A program made the translations under genes and the position numbers. Source: Lepidodermella squamata (Eukaryota; Animalia; Gastrotricha). From it: a DNA stretch of 64,000 nt. Positions 22,588-36,474 of the stretch are shown here, in pieces. The notes beneath the pieces are model-generated. The model was given only the letters and a program-made list of their open reading frames with translations. It ran no database searches and was not told the DNA's origin. Positions within the stretch are counted from its first letter, which is position 1, and each line of letters begins with the position of its first letter. The stretch is taken from positions 2,604,001-2,668,000 of the forward strand of contig JBLDXI010000003.1 in NCBI GenBank assembly GCA_047495785.1. The letters are read 5' to 3'.

Positions 22588-22702
22588 CTGTCATTTGCAC
22601 GCAAAGCGAGCGCGAAAGAAGCAATACAACTTGTCCGCGACAAATCGGTTACTAACCGACCAGCCTAGAGCCGACGCGCTAGGCCACTAGTGGCCATTTA
22701 TA
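22588..22702 (-). promoter_or_regulatory. Candidate Myc core promoter and non-coding first exon
   Basis: Minus-strand TATAAA at 22702-22697, a strong donor CAG|GTAAGC at 22588/22587, and candidate acceptors near 22438 or 22348 upstream of ATG 22287. Confidence 0.45.
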
Positions 22703-25700
22703 GCAACACTAGATGGATGAAAGGGCACCGTATGAGCGCTTATGCAAACTAATTGTCATGAACTTGTCGTCCGGTACTGCTGGCTTTGTGGTAATTCTGT
22801 TGGCTACTTACTACAGTATTGCACTACTACGCAATGCAATTCAGGAAGATAGCGCGTGCTGTATGCCCAGTGCTGGTGACGACGACGGAAAGACAAGTCA
22901 GATAACGCTGAGCGTAACCCAACCCGTTATCCAACGATTGCCTTCGACGACTAGCAATGATATCACGTCAGCTAACACCACCAACGCATTATCGCGCTTT
23001 AAGGTGGTCTTGAAAAATAGTGTAGAAGAGCTGATAGCTAAACAGCTGTATCTTCTGTGAGTCGAGAGATATTAATTTTCATTACCTAAAACAATCTATA
23101 CTACTCAACGCTATATAAGTATGTATACTAAAGGCGCAAGTCGTCGCGACTTGACGACGGCTGAACAAATTTTTGCCTAAAATTGACGCTGTCATCGCAG
23201 CAGGTAGTTGCAAGTCAAGTGGTAGCATAGTAATAATAGTAATACGAGAGAAATACTGGTCAAGCAACGGGGCGGTTTTACGGCTTGAATTACTACTGCG
23301 CTGCAAGAGGTCACAACATTCGACAAATCGCTCGCGGTATAATATTATTAGGTCTAATAATTTTACCGAGACCGACGCCAAATTACGCTTACTACGCCGC
23401 CACGACGTCGGGCGAATTTCTTCGTTAAAAACCGATATTGCATGTAAGTGAGTAAGTTGTTTCGGAGTTGACCGGGGCGACCGGACGCTGACACGAACAA
23501 ACAACCTTTTTCTTGGTAGCTCGAAAAACACCAGTCGATTTCTCACACTGAAATCGTTATCCGAATTTGATAACTGTTTTGATAATAACCATGAGTGGGA
23601 ACAATAAAAATGCTAAATTAAGGTACTATGTCGCTCAAATAGAGAATACAACTCAGCACTTATTTAAAATTAAAAACTCCTCCTTAAAATTTTATCGCTG
23701 ATTTTTGCGAATTGAGAAACACTAAAATCAAGCCGGAACGAGCTTAGTAATAATGATTTAGCGAATGACGAAGAGAACAAGTGCAGCAAAAAAAGCTCTT
23801 CGCTTTGACGAAGAAAAATTATATGGCTACCAGCGACGACGAGCCGAACGGCGCTTCAAAGGCTGGCGGTCGCGTGCCGAGTTTGATTTCATTTTTTGCC
23901 TGCCTGCCAAGCATAGTACGAAGTCGAATGCCGAATGAAAGCGTCCGTTCTTTGGCAGCGATAAAAACGCCTACGCCGACGAGTAGGTGTTGTTTTCTCC
24001 AAGAAATAGGTCGGTATGTTGGTAGTAAAAAATAACAGGTTTTATCTGGAATTTCGGCGCGATATGAAATATGGCTTACAACTTGCCAACAGCAAGAGCA
24101 TCGGAACTAAGCGGAAACTAAGTAAATGCCACCATTAAACACCGCGTCGGGGCGGGTGCGGCTTGGGTGGACGTGATGGAAATAATTCAATGAAGATTAC
24201 CAGCCTACGCCGAAAAAACCCCTAAACACACAAAAACACAACCGAGTCCTGTCACAAAGCGAGTATTTTTTTATGACACAGTTGTAATTAAGATGGGGAA
24301 TTAAGGCGTCACGTTTGTCCTCGAAGCGAACCACAGCTGGAGCGGACAAAAAAGTACATACACTGGCAATTTTTACGGCAACATAACCCTAACAAAAGTT
24401 CAGGAGATTATCACTGGTGGCTATCTAGGCGCTATTTTCAGCAGTCGAGTTCGGGCTCGTTAAAGGTGGGGGAGCGAACATGTTGCAAAAAATGAAAGGC
24501 ATAAAATACGTACTCTTTATTCATTAGCAGTAGGTATAAATTTCCGCACAGATGTTCAGTAAAAATGACCGAATATAGAGGCAAAAAATTGCCATCTAGG
24601 TTGGTGGTTGTTTTTCTGGTTATTATTACCTCAGAATAAAAAAATCCACCGCTACTGTGCGATTTTTTAGGGAGTAGCTCCATGTTAGAGGAGGAGTCGT
24701 CGTCGCGCGATGAAAAACATTGCACTCAGTCCGACATGCGCAAATTAACAGCAACACAGCGTTTGGAAAAATGCTCATAATAATAAAATGGTAGTAAAAA
24801 TGGTTATTATTATTATTATTACTATGATCACATGTCTAGGTGAGGCAGGCAGCAGGCGAAAAAATTCACGCCACGTGAGTCAACGATACTTCATTAATGC
24901 TAGATAGGATATGCGAATTCTAATTTTTACTACCGCTGCTAAAACTGAACATCTGTTCCGTGAATGCCTGGGGTAATTCAGGCAAAAGAATATTTTTTGG
25001 CAGCCGATGATGGCTAGTTTAAAACGCTCCTATTACTTTTGGCGACGAAACAGAATGAAATACCTCCTACGCAGTCTAAAATACACCTAGTTCTCGAAAT
25101 TTGGAGGCCTGCCAGCATCAGGTTTTTATCACGTGCGTGAAACAAAAACTGGTAAATATTTAAGACAGGTGTAAACTAATTAAAAAAGAGATGCGCATTA
25201 GTACGAAAATTAGTGTGAAGCCGTACGAAAAATTTTAAAAGTCTCGAAGATGATAACGAGAGGATCATGGAATATAATTCAGTTAAAAAAGAGCAAAATG
25301 GAAAAATTAGCCTCGTTGAATCCACCCATTAGACAGCGATGAATCTGGGAAAATTATAACCAAAAACGACAACTAGGTAGATGAAAAAGAAGACACCATT
25401 CGAAGAAAAAGCTTTTTCTGTTAAAAAAAAGCTTCAAAATGATCCATTTTAGTAGCGTATCAATCGATATTGACCGTAATTATTGTGTTGCGCAACACAG
25501 TCGGCCAGCACCATTCGCAGATAATTAGACCGATGAAAAAAAGCTAAAAAGAGATCTCTTATTTTGCGTAAACAACTATCTAAGAGTCTCATTTCGCGAC
25601 AAGAAAATACAAGCTGATTAATCTGGGCCGCTCAGCAACTGCTTAAACAGAGAGCAGGCTTATTTTGCGGTTTATAATTTGCGCAACTTTACGGGTATTT

Positions 25701-28080
25701 AAGCGATGTCTCGAGAAAAGGTTAAGAAGGTAACAGGCGAGAAGCGCCAATTACTTCGATGCTATTTATAGAAGACCCAGAACCAACGTAATTGTTATAC
25801 AAAGCGGCACTTGCATGCAACGTAAAGTAGGGACATGTACAAATTAGCAGCTCTCACGCTTTCTCAAAGATATTACGATAAGTTTGGGACATCTCTTTTT
25901 GCATCTAAGAATGGAAACAGATTTACAGATGAAAGGCCAGGTGTTTGATTTTATAAGAAGGATGTACTCGTTGCCGACAAACCGGCGAGCGAAAAATGAT
26001 TAATAGGCTGAGAAGTGGCAAATGGGAAACGTCAAGCAAGGCGAAACCGCAAAACGCAATAGTGGCTATCTGGGTCAAAAGTTGGGCCAGATAATTGCAC
26101 AACTGCAACGATCAATGCTGCGTAACGAATAATATGCAAAATATACCTCGCGTTGGGTAACGACGATGCGCCGAAAATCACATTACAACGCGATGATGAA
26201 CGGCGCGCGAGATCAAGGCGATGAGATATCAGAAGTAATGATAGCGGCGAGAGCAGTGTGCGTGAAACTTTGAAAATTCCTCCTTAAAAACCTATTTGTT
26301 GCTAAAAATAATCACTTCGATAATTACCTAGAAAATAAAAACATTCAGGCCGCTTCTTCTTTCAGCACTCGATGACCTACAATTACGACTTGCTTTTTAG
26401 AAGACGCCGACACACGCTGCAATAAAAGTGGCAGCACGTTATAAATAAAAATGACCTAGCAAAAAAAGAAATACGACCCAGACGTTGCCTCTACTTTTAA
26501 TTTCGCCCTGAAAGACGTACAATAATTTTCGGGTGGCGTCCAGTTACGGACAGGTGTCCGAGCCGTGAACTTTTACTACGGTTGTAAATGATAATCTGGC
26601 ATGGTTACTCGTCGCTTTGGTGCATAATAATTTTATACCTGTGTAAGCGCAATGCGGGTACCATTTCAGGATTATGACCGTTATAATGATACCCACTAGG
26701 CATTGTAGTCATTTCCGAAAACAAACAGTAATATTACTCACGTAGCAATTGTGTCCATATAAGCCTAGGTCATTAATTTCAGAATGACGTTTGTAGATAT
26801 ACCTGTGGTTTCGCTGTAATAAAACATTACCAAAGCGATGAATTTCAAAATAATACCAAGTCGTATGAAATCTCAAGGCTTCTCATAGATACTAAATAAA
26901 ATACACATTATACTGTGGGAAACTTGGCTATTGGTAATGTCGTCGTAGTTTCATGCTCAACTAATCGCGGGCGATGGAGGTTAAAGAGCGCGATGGCACT
27001 ACTTGGTAGTTAGTTACTTATACCACCATGCGACATAATGTATCAGTCTTATTGCCAGAGTTCTGCATGGCTGCTGCCTTTTTTATGCGCAGTAATTTTC
27101 TGTCGCTTGAGCGTGGCAAGACGCCGGCGTATCATCATGCCACTTCACGCTGTTTTGGTTAGCCAGGTAGTAATTTGCGGCTTGAACGTGTTGTCGTTAA
27201 ACATCACCTTTTGAGCCTACGACCCGACTCCTGGTATCATTAACATGCATTCATAAACAAGACTTGAATATAGTAGTTGTATATTTCGCTAACAAAAAAT
27301 TAGCGTTAATTATCATCGTCAAAATTTGACCTGAGTCATCGCCAAAGGCTTACATCTCGTATATAGTAAAACGCATTAACGTAGAAACGTAGATGTGGTT
27401 GATGGTAATAAAACGTGGAGAAAAAGGCCATTTTTTCTCTAAATCAGAGATGACTGATAACAGTGATCTCTTCAATAAAAATTGGGACTTGTTTAGATAA
27501 AATCGCCTATTGCTGCAGAGACGCACAGGAGAAGAATTTTCTCAAATGGGTAAAGACGTCGTTGCTAAATTTTCTCGGGGGGAAAATTTGCTCAAGTGAT
27601 GGAAGAATAGCGCGGTATTAGTTGAGTAGACATTTTCCACATCACGCTGTCGTCAAATGCTAGGAAGTCGAGCGACCAGCGTCGAGCAAATAAGCTATCA
27701 AAATTGTTGTTCTCAAGCTGGAAATATTTTTATTATCATTTCTATCTTCGACCCCGCCTGAAACTTTGCTCGCGGTCCTCCGAGTCTCCCTTGTGGGGTT
27801 CGCGAATAAACAAAAATATTTTAGGAGCGATCGAGGCTCCCAGTTTAAAGACATGGCTTGAGTCAATACTAAACATGAGTCAGGAAAGTAGGACGCGGCT
27901 TTTCGCATCTTTTATGTACAATCGTCCATCTTATCTTTTTCAGTATATTCAGGAGCCATTAATTATTTACAAGTACCACCCGAATAGGTCAATTGGATTC
28001 CTGTCACAATTAGGTCATAATTACGAATAACAGACACCTCCCACAACCCCAAAAGAATTACCTGAGATGGTGAATAGTAA

Positions 28081-28222
28081 GTTCGTACCCGCAAATTCGT
28101 AACGTGATCTTTTCGTAACAAACAGGTATCTTTTCGTACTACATTTAGTGATCTTTTCGTAACACATTTTCGTATCAAAATCAAATTTTCCAAATTAATT
28201 TGGTGATCTTTTCATAACAAAT
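28081..28222. repeat. Degenerate short tandem array of (G/T)ATCTTTTCGTAAC-like units
   Basis: About four copies of ATCTTTTCRTA plus partial TTCGTA units within ~140 nt, resembling transposon subterminal repeats. Confidence 0.6.
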
Positions 28223-29402
28223 TAAGAGGAAAAATCCGCTAAAAAACCGAGTTGAATATTCTCCGCTGAATGTGTTTCCTAAGAATTGAAAATAAGTTGA
28301 AAAGACTGCAGAAAGCTTTCATCTTATATCATTTTATTACTGAGTTGAGACGAAATAAGCCAAAAATACGCCACCAAAAAACTATGATATAATAACATTA
28401 CATTTCGAATAAACTAATAAATATTATACCAAAAGGATCGAACGTTATTGTCTTTTTAGTCACAAAAGCCGCAGAATGTTTCACAAATAATTTCCTCACA
28501 AAAAACAGAGTTGGCTTTTCGAAGATGATTAGTGTATATAAGGAGTGTGTTCGAAAGTATAATTCAACATTTCGCCGTTTTCATTTTATTCTTCGTATAT
28601 TATTCAATCAAACCGTTCGGCCAATCACCAAAAAAAATTAATCAATTTTTCACATGAATCCCTCGTGCAGTGATTTTAACAAAAAAAATACTCATCACCG
28701 TCCATTTTTTCAACACGAATTTCCTGGAGCAATTACAATAATAATAGTCGCTAAATATAATAATAATTACAGGATTCGAAATAAAAAATTCACAATGCAC
28801 AGATCGCTTGTTCGAACAATAGCTGTTATATATAACTGATAAATTGCATCGAGCTAATTTTTGAGGTGAATTCTAAGCCCGCTAAAACACCGTTCAGAAC
28901 ACAACGCCTGCTGCTGGTTTTTTTTTTCTTGAAACATCAAAATCAAAGAAGACGGAGTAAGTTTTTTTGATTAGTAATTGCCACATTTTTTCCAAGCAAG
29001 TAGAAAAAGAGCGAAACAATAGCAGGAGAATAAAGGTAATCATTAACAATCAGCTCAGGTAGACTTTCTTGGCATATCAGCTTGTTAAATAATAACAGTA
29101 AAAAGCTATATATATTTCATCGCGACGATCTCAACGGGTTTTAAGGGTTAAAATGTACACAGAAAAAACGACAAAAAAGGAAAGAATGTTCATGTTTTCG
29201 CCATCAGTCGAAAAAGCAGCGTTATGTAGGGTTTTATAGGGTAAGAATTTCACAATGATATAACCTCACAATCGAGTTGAATTATTTTTTCAAGGCAAAA
29301 CAAGAAAAAAGAACCGACAAAATTAGCAATTGTAATTTGATATGACTGAGTAATCTCTGCAACTAGTTATTCGTCTGGCATATTGTTATTAAATTGAAGG
29401 TT

Positions 29403-32400
29403 TCACTTGCAGCGGCCAGCGTAGAGCACGTCGGGAACAGACGGGTCGGCTAGCGTGGTTACGTCGCCGAATTCTCGTGAACCAGCGGCGATCGCCCGCA
29501 AAATTCGACGCATGATTTTACCGGACCGGGTTTTTGGCAGCGCAGCTGCGTTCTGAATATAGCTAGGCCGAGCAAACGGACCGATACCATGGCAAACTAA
29601 AATTATTGAAAAATTGTTAGAAATTAGACGCAATAATTATTTTTAAAATGGGGTGTTAATTTGAGGTTCCAGCACTATATTTCGGGTAAACCTCTGGCCC
29701 TAACATCTGATTTCTTTTCAACAATTTTAAATTCTAAGCAATAGTCCAACTTTAGTCACTTGAAGATTTACAGTTGCCAATATCGACTTCAAAAATCGAT
29801 TTTTACCAATTGGTGGTTAATAAAAAATCAAATTCTTCTAATTCGAATCTCAATTTCTAACAAAATCGATTATTATCTTCAATGGCCATCAATAATGGCG
29901 TTTCGTTCTGAAATGTAACATTCGTGTTCGCGCTGTGCCCACTGTACAATTTAAAAACTAAGGAAGCGCAGCGCCATAACGCCGCTTGTCCTCTTGTTCA
30001 TCACAAAAGAAAAGAAGAGTGTGCGTTTAATAAAAAGTTCCAGGCGACGTTGTTTTGCAACTTTACTCATTCGGAACTCAACGTAAATGAGGAACTTGAA
30101 AAAATCGACGTTTACAAGCTTCACGAGGAATTCGAGAATTACTTGGCCAATTTCAATAAAAATCTCGATTCTATTTATGAAAATCATGAATGTCTTGTCA
30201 TCTCTACTCACCATTCTACCGGAATATTTTGCCGCTGATCCTAAATTGCAACCACTTTCCATGGATATAAGTAGAAAATATAATTTCGTCGCTTGCCACT
30301 CTGAATTCATCTAATTCGACTTAAATTTCTAAGCGCCATGTTCCATCAAAATCGATGCAAGTCAGGATTTCAACTGCCGGCGACCCGGAAACTTGAAACT
30401 TCCGCAATTGCGCAATCGTCTATGAATAGGTCGCGTCAAGCGATACCGAATACAACCGTTATGAATGGACGAAAGTTTAGTTACGAGCGATCGGAATAAT
30501 CGCGCATTCTGGCAAACACTGTTATCGAACTGGCCTCCTTCTCCTTATTTATATGTATTTATAGTTTATCTTTTTGCAGGCAAAATGCCTTGGACCGAAA
30601 AAGACAACTGAACAATCGCTGGATAAACGTTGTCGACAACTATTTTGAAGATCATCCCCGGTGCCTAGATTACAAAACCAGTGGAACGATGACACTGCGG
30701 AGCTACGCGAAGCTCAATCAGCTAAAGAGGCTAAACCGACTGCAAAGGACGCTGTCCTCGCCGTCAAATCGAAGGAATAAATAGTTAAATATTTTCATTG
30801 TTGTGCTCGCTCCCATGCGTTCTTAGAATTGTTAAGTGTTCTTTTTATTTTTCATCGACAGAATGATTTCCAACAGAAATTAAGCCATCAGATGCAACGG
30901 ACAAGCTAGCGGCCTCGCCACCGGAGGACACGCATCATCCAGTACAGACTGGTTTCGATCTAAGGGTGAAACGATGGAATCTTTGCTTAAGCTGAGATTG
31001 CTGAACCAACAATTTTGCTAGGTTAAATTAGTTGAGCCCAAAGTTGAATCTTTCAAGAAACTGAAGGCAAATTCGCAAGAGGAGTCGTTCAGAGAAAATC
31101 GGCGATTGGCGAACGATAACATAATATTATATATACCCATGCCATCGAACTAGACGCATTGTTTCCCTATTTATACAGATTCCTCGACGTCATTGCAATT
31201 GTAGACGACCGTCTATAATCTTCACATTTTGAAGCGCCTCTGAGCTCCGCGATCTGCTATTTCTACTTTCACCGTGTTCCGCGCTTCCAATTTGAAAACC
31301 GGAATGATTCACGGAAAATTTTGACTTATATAAAACCATTTTCAGCGGACTATTAACCCAACTTTGCAATTCTTTCATGGAATTTTGGTCCTGGAATGGC
31401 AATATTCAGAATGGGCCCAAATATTTCCACCACTAAAAATGAGGTTTAGCACTAAATTTAAGCGTCCTGGTACTAAATTTTTCAGAATCTTCGCGATTTA
31501 GGCATTTCCGGTTTTGATCGATACTGATGCTCTTCCTGATCCTATGCCTTATTATTTTAGCTTAATGGTGCCCTAAGATATGCAGAAAAATCATCGATGT
31601 TGGGTTCCAAGACGGCTGAACGGCTGTTCGGGGAAATCACTGATTTGTAAAATCGATACTTGGAATCGATATCGACTCTATAGGATGAAGTAAAATTCGT
31701 AAACTGACCGCTCATAGCGCGAAATACGCATAATATGAAGATCTATCGGTTAGGCTGGATAACAAAAAAATTGAGATTCTAGTGAAGACTGGAAATTCGA
31801 AAAACGATATTTAGGGGAAATATAGTGCTGGAACCCTAAATTTGGGGTGCGCATTGGCACACCCATTCAGAATTCTTACAATTCAATTGAATTATAAAGT
31901 GATGAGAATTGAATTGAAATTAAAAAATCAACAAACCTAAATCTTTCAGTTCGTTGATAATGGCAGGTGTCAGCTCAAATCCCTGAAAATTCGAAAAACG
32001 ATTAAAACTTGTGTATTTTGCTACTTTTCGACTCTTACATCTTTCGGTGTGACAAAACAGTAGACACATTCGCCTCGAACCGCATCAGGCGCTGCAACGG
32101 CCGCCGACTCGGCCACAGCCGGGTGTTTGCCCATGGCCGCTTCGATTTCAGCCGTCGACAGCAGATGCCCGGAAACGTTCAACATATCATCGACACGACC
32201 TGTAATCCAATAGTAACCGTCCTTATCGCGAACAGCGCCATCACCGGTTGTGTAGAATCCGTTGAATTTATTGAAATACGTATCTTCAAACCGCTTGTGG
32301 TTGCCGAAAACCGTCCGCATCATACCAGGCCACGGTTTCGCAAAAACGAGATGGCCCTCGCCGGGTCCGACGATTTCACGATCGCCGTTCGATAAGTCAT

Positions 32401-35400
32401 CAGCGCCATTTGTCACTTGATGCTGGTTGCAGTCGACATCGTGAGACGGGATCAAAAGCCGTGGGACAATGCCGAAAAACGGCAGGGTTGCCGAGCCGGG
32501 TTTCGTCGGAATAGCACCCGGGATCGGGGTCAGCGTGTGGCCGCCCGTCTCGGTTTGCCAGTAGGTGTCGACGATCGGGCAGTTGCCATTGCCGACGACG
32601 GTGTGGTACCATTCCCACGCCTCAGGGTTGATAGGCTCGCCGACTGAGCCGAGAACTTTCAGGGTGGATCGGTCGGTTTGAGTCACGAAATTGTCGCCGA
32701 ATTTCATGAGCGAGCGGAGGGCGGTTGGGGCGGTGTAAAATTTAGTCACCTTGTATTTGTCAACAATTTGCCAATATCGGCTATGGGTAGGGTAGAACGG
32801 CAAGCCTTCGAACTGAAAAAAAACAAAGAAAAATTAAACTAAACTGAGAAACCTAAAATTATTCATTTTCGTCAACTTTTGAAAGAAATTTGAAAAAAAT
32901 CATTTTCGAGTGACTCTGGTTTGTAGTTTTAAATGACCGTCAGCAAGTGATAAGCTAATTTTCAAAATTTTCCAGAAAATCGCAAAAATGTGCCGCCTAT
33001 TTAGAAGGAAAGACAACCAGTTTCCCTAGTAGATTTTCACTCTCCAAGGAATAGGCATCGAGGAGGCTCCCATCCTCCTTAAAATAAAGAAACCCCAAAA
33101 GTGTCGCCAAAGTCTTAGAGGCGAAATTTTCCACCTTAATAATAACGGGGAAGAATATGAGAATAAAAATGAAAGTTGCACATCCTTTCTCAATTTTGCA
33201 AAGTTTTGCAGGAAATTTGATATTTTTCAAATAAAACCTACCCGGAGAATCCCCGTTCTGTTTTTCGCGAAGAAATTGCAAATTTACCGAAGAAACCCCG
33301 AAATAACCCGATGAGTTGGTAATTTTAGAATTTTCGTTTTCATTGTTCGGTATTTTACCCGTTTCAACCAAATTTCTCCGCTTTTTTTAATCCCACTGAC
33401 AAGCGACATACATGATTACCATTTTCATGGCATTTTGAATTTTTCCAAGATTATTCTGGCCATGAGATGTGACTCTGTGCCTTTCATTTCAGACTTTCTG
33501 ATCCGTTTTTTGTGTATTTTCCACGTGTAAATTTCTTAAACGACGCGCTGTATTAATCTCGCTTTGACATCGATTGAATCGTGATCTTGAAAGCGACATA
33601 AAAATCTCACCAACATTTTGCTTAGCTCCACTTTCCGCTAACGGTTCACGTCAATTTCAATTGAATTTTGAATTTTCTTTCCATTCAATTTTTCATCTTT
33701 CAATTTTTATATTCAATGATTTTATATCTTACAATGACTCCAGTAACGCCATTGCACAGCGGGCCGTACACGACGTAAGAGTGGCCAGTGATCCATCCGA
33801 CATCGGCCGTGCAGAAAAGCACGTCGTCGGCCGGATGCGCGTCGAACACGTACTTGAACGTCGTGGCAGCGTAGACCATGTAACCGGCGGTTGTGTGCAC
33901 GACGCCTTTCGGCTTTCCGGTCGAGCCGCTCGTGTACAAAATAAACAACGGATCTTCGGCGTCCATCCACTCGACAGGGCAGTCGGGCGATGCTGTCGAT
34001 ACAGCATCCGAGTACCACTCATCTCGACCTTCGACCCAGTGAATCTAAGCAAATACAAATAGAAAACATCATTAAAGAATAACGAGACGTAACTTCTCAT
34101 GACATCTGAATAAACTGGTTCCAGAAAATATTACATCTACCCACTTTCTCCCCGAGATGAAAAAACACCTTTCAATTCACATTTCAATGCAAAACACCGA
34201 TTTATGTTTGTTCAGTAGCTCAAAATTGTAAAAAAAATATGTTGCTACATTTTTGAAATACAAAATACGTCAATGGGTTCAACATTTGGACATTTCTATT
34301 TCAATTTACGCGTGATTTCGGCAAAATAACAAGCTTTACCAGAGAAAAAGATCTAATTTTAGATACTAATTAGCATTTCCATATGGCTGCGATGAATTTT
34401 AGGAATTACAGTAAAATGGATTATATCCGTAATATAGACATCAGGCTATCAACATGCGGTGGCATTATCGAAGTGGGGGAGATTAATTAAAAAGCAATGC
34501 CTGAATTTCCTATTAATAACAATGGAGACATCTGTCGATAAGAAAAGCGAACTACATCACCAGGACCAGAAACAGCGAAACATTATATCAAGATGAATAG
34601 TGTAAAATTTCCAAATTTCTGGAAGATTTTAAATCATCGCCTCCAAGATTTTCTCGGCTGTTGGGGTGAGGAAGGGGAGACTTCGGTTTGCCTTCCTCAA
34701 AACCCGGAAACCCCAACTTTCAGTCGCAGGGAAGAGAAACAAATAAAAATTCAATTATTATATGCAATGGCCATGTCAACTCCAAAATTCGCTCTTGAAA
34801 TTTAGGCTGAACCTTGACGAGAATAAAAATGAACATCGATTTTTTCAATTTCAGCCAAATCAGTGAAGTCGGATAAGCATCAGCTTTTCGTAAAAAAAAT
34901 CCATTATTTCTTCTTAAATTAAGGAAACCTGGCATCTTGCCCTTAAAGAATGTCTCTTACGAGAAAATTAAGCCAATCCTTTAGTTCAAGTACTAACCTT
35001 GTACGCATCGCAAGGGCGTTTAGCTGCTACTTTTGACAGATCGGTTTTCGGGTCGAACTTGCCGACTGGATCCGCCCCAGTTACGTGCTTGACAACAATG
35101 CAGGTCTTGATTTTAACACCAGCCTTCTCAGCTAATTCAAGGCCTTCTTCGACAACCTCTTTTAACGCAATCATTTTCGGACCACGCCATACACCATCTG
35201 AAAAAATCCGCCTTAAAATCATTTTGTTTCATTTTCTCGTTTATCGCTCACCTCCTGTGACAAGAAGGGAGCAGCCGCCGTCGATAATGCGATCGGCAAG
35301 AGCTGACGCTGAAAAGCCACCAAAAACGATGGAATGAACAGCTCCGATGCGAGCGCACGCCAACATAGCGATGACTAGTTCTGGAATCATTGGCAGATAA

Positions 35401-36406
35401 ATCGCGACTCGATCGCCCTTCTTAACACCCCGAGCTTTGAGGACATTCGCCAACCGGCACACACGCTCTTTCAAATCAGCGAAGGTCAAGACACTGTCGT
35501 CGCCAACTTCATTTCCTTCCCTGTAGTTGAAAAAAAAGAAAAAATCAATCAATTTTTTTAAATATTTGAATCTCTCCCAATTTTTTTACACGTTTTAACC
35601 CTCTTGAGTATTTCTGCATTTTTTTGAAGATAAAACTGGCCAATTTTAGAATGGGCTTGATCAAATAACGAGTAATTCACTTTAACTATTTTTTCAACTG
35701 TCTACGTTCCATTTAATCATTTCCCACCAGGTTTTAGACAAATTTTGAGGATCACTCGTGAATTGGATTTCAGTATCATGTCACGTCTTGCACCCAATTC
35801 TTCTTCTGCAGTTTCGAGCAGCGTCCAATTAACTTTTACTTAGGGCGATGCTTTTGGTGCAGCAGCTAAAATCGATGATGCGCCTCGTTGTTAACGATGC
35901 GAGAAACCTAATTTAACGGCCAATTTCGCGACGCGTTCGCCTCATCAATCGATCGAGCGAAGGCAAAAAAATAATAAATGCAAACAAAGCGAAAAATGCG
36001 CGCATGGTTAGGGGGAATAAAATAATGAAAGAACATGATGATGCTGATAATAATAATAACGAGATGCGGAATTCGATTCTGCAACATACCAGTAAAATGC
36101 GATTTTCTGCCCGAGACCCGCCTCCACATGCCGATCGACTGCGTTGTAGCACAAATTCGTCTTAGCGCCATCAAACCAGCGAACGAAGATGTCTCCCTTT
36201 GTACGATCGAAATTGTAGGCGAGTACTCGCTGCGGATCGGGCGCGGTCTCGAAATGGAAACTCGCCGCCTGTTTCAGCCAAAATTGTTCCGGTTCTTCAA
36301 CAGACTCGCGGTACATTCGTTGATACTCTTCCAACGATGAAATGTGAGCATCTTTCGCAAAAGCAGCTGGTGGCGGAAATACTTTTTCGTTCGAAGTGCG
36401 AGGCAT
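29403..36406 (-). CDS. ACSS2: Acetyl-CoA synthetase (AMP-forming, cytosolic ACSS2-like), ~703 aa
   Basis: Exons 36406-36090, 35520-35252, 35197-34998, 34044-33733, 32812-32039, 31982-31937 and 29596-29403. Motifs: [60 protein letters not shown]. No mitochondrial presequence. Confidence 0.95.
29665..31835. mobile_element. ~2.2 kb TIR DNA transposon (degenerate, non-autonomous) filling ACS intron 6
   Basis: Perfect 19 bp inverted repeat GGTTCCAGCACTATATTTC (29665-29683) / GAAATATAGTGCTGGAACC (31817-31835). Further imperfect inverted similarity between ~29775-29815 and ~31638-31678. Only broken ORFs inside. Confidence 0.75.
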
Positions 36407-36474
36407 TTTTCAAAGATTCAGTAAAAATCTATACGAAAAATATGATCGTAAAATTGATTGGAAAAACATAACAA

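Noticed and set aside
22713-23060. 115 aa + strand ORF divergent from Myc
   Set aside because: No recognisable homology or splice support; treated as a chance ORF in regulatory DNA.
28081-28222. Possible CRISPR-like array
   Set aside because: The units are short and degenerate, spacing is irregular, the context is eukaryotic, and there are no cas genes.
29403-36406. Bacterial origin (horizontal transfer) of acetyl-CoA synthetase
   Set aside because: It has six spliceosomal introns and animal ACSS2-like features; ACS is simply highly conserved.
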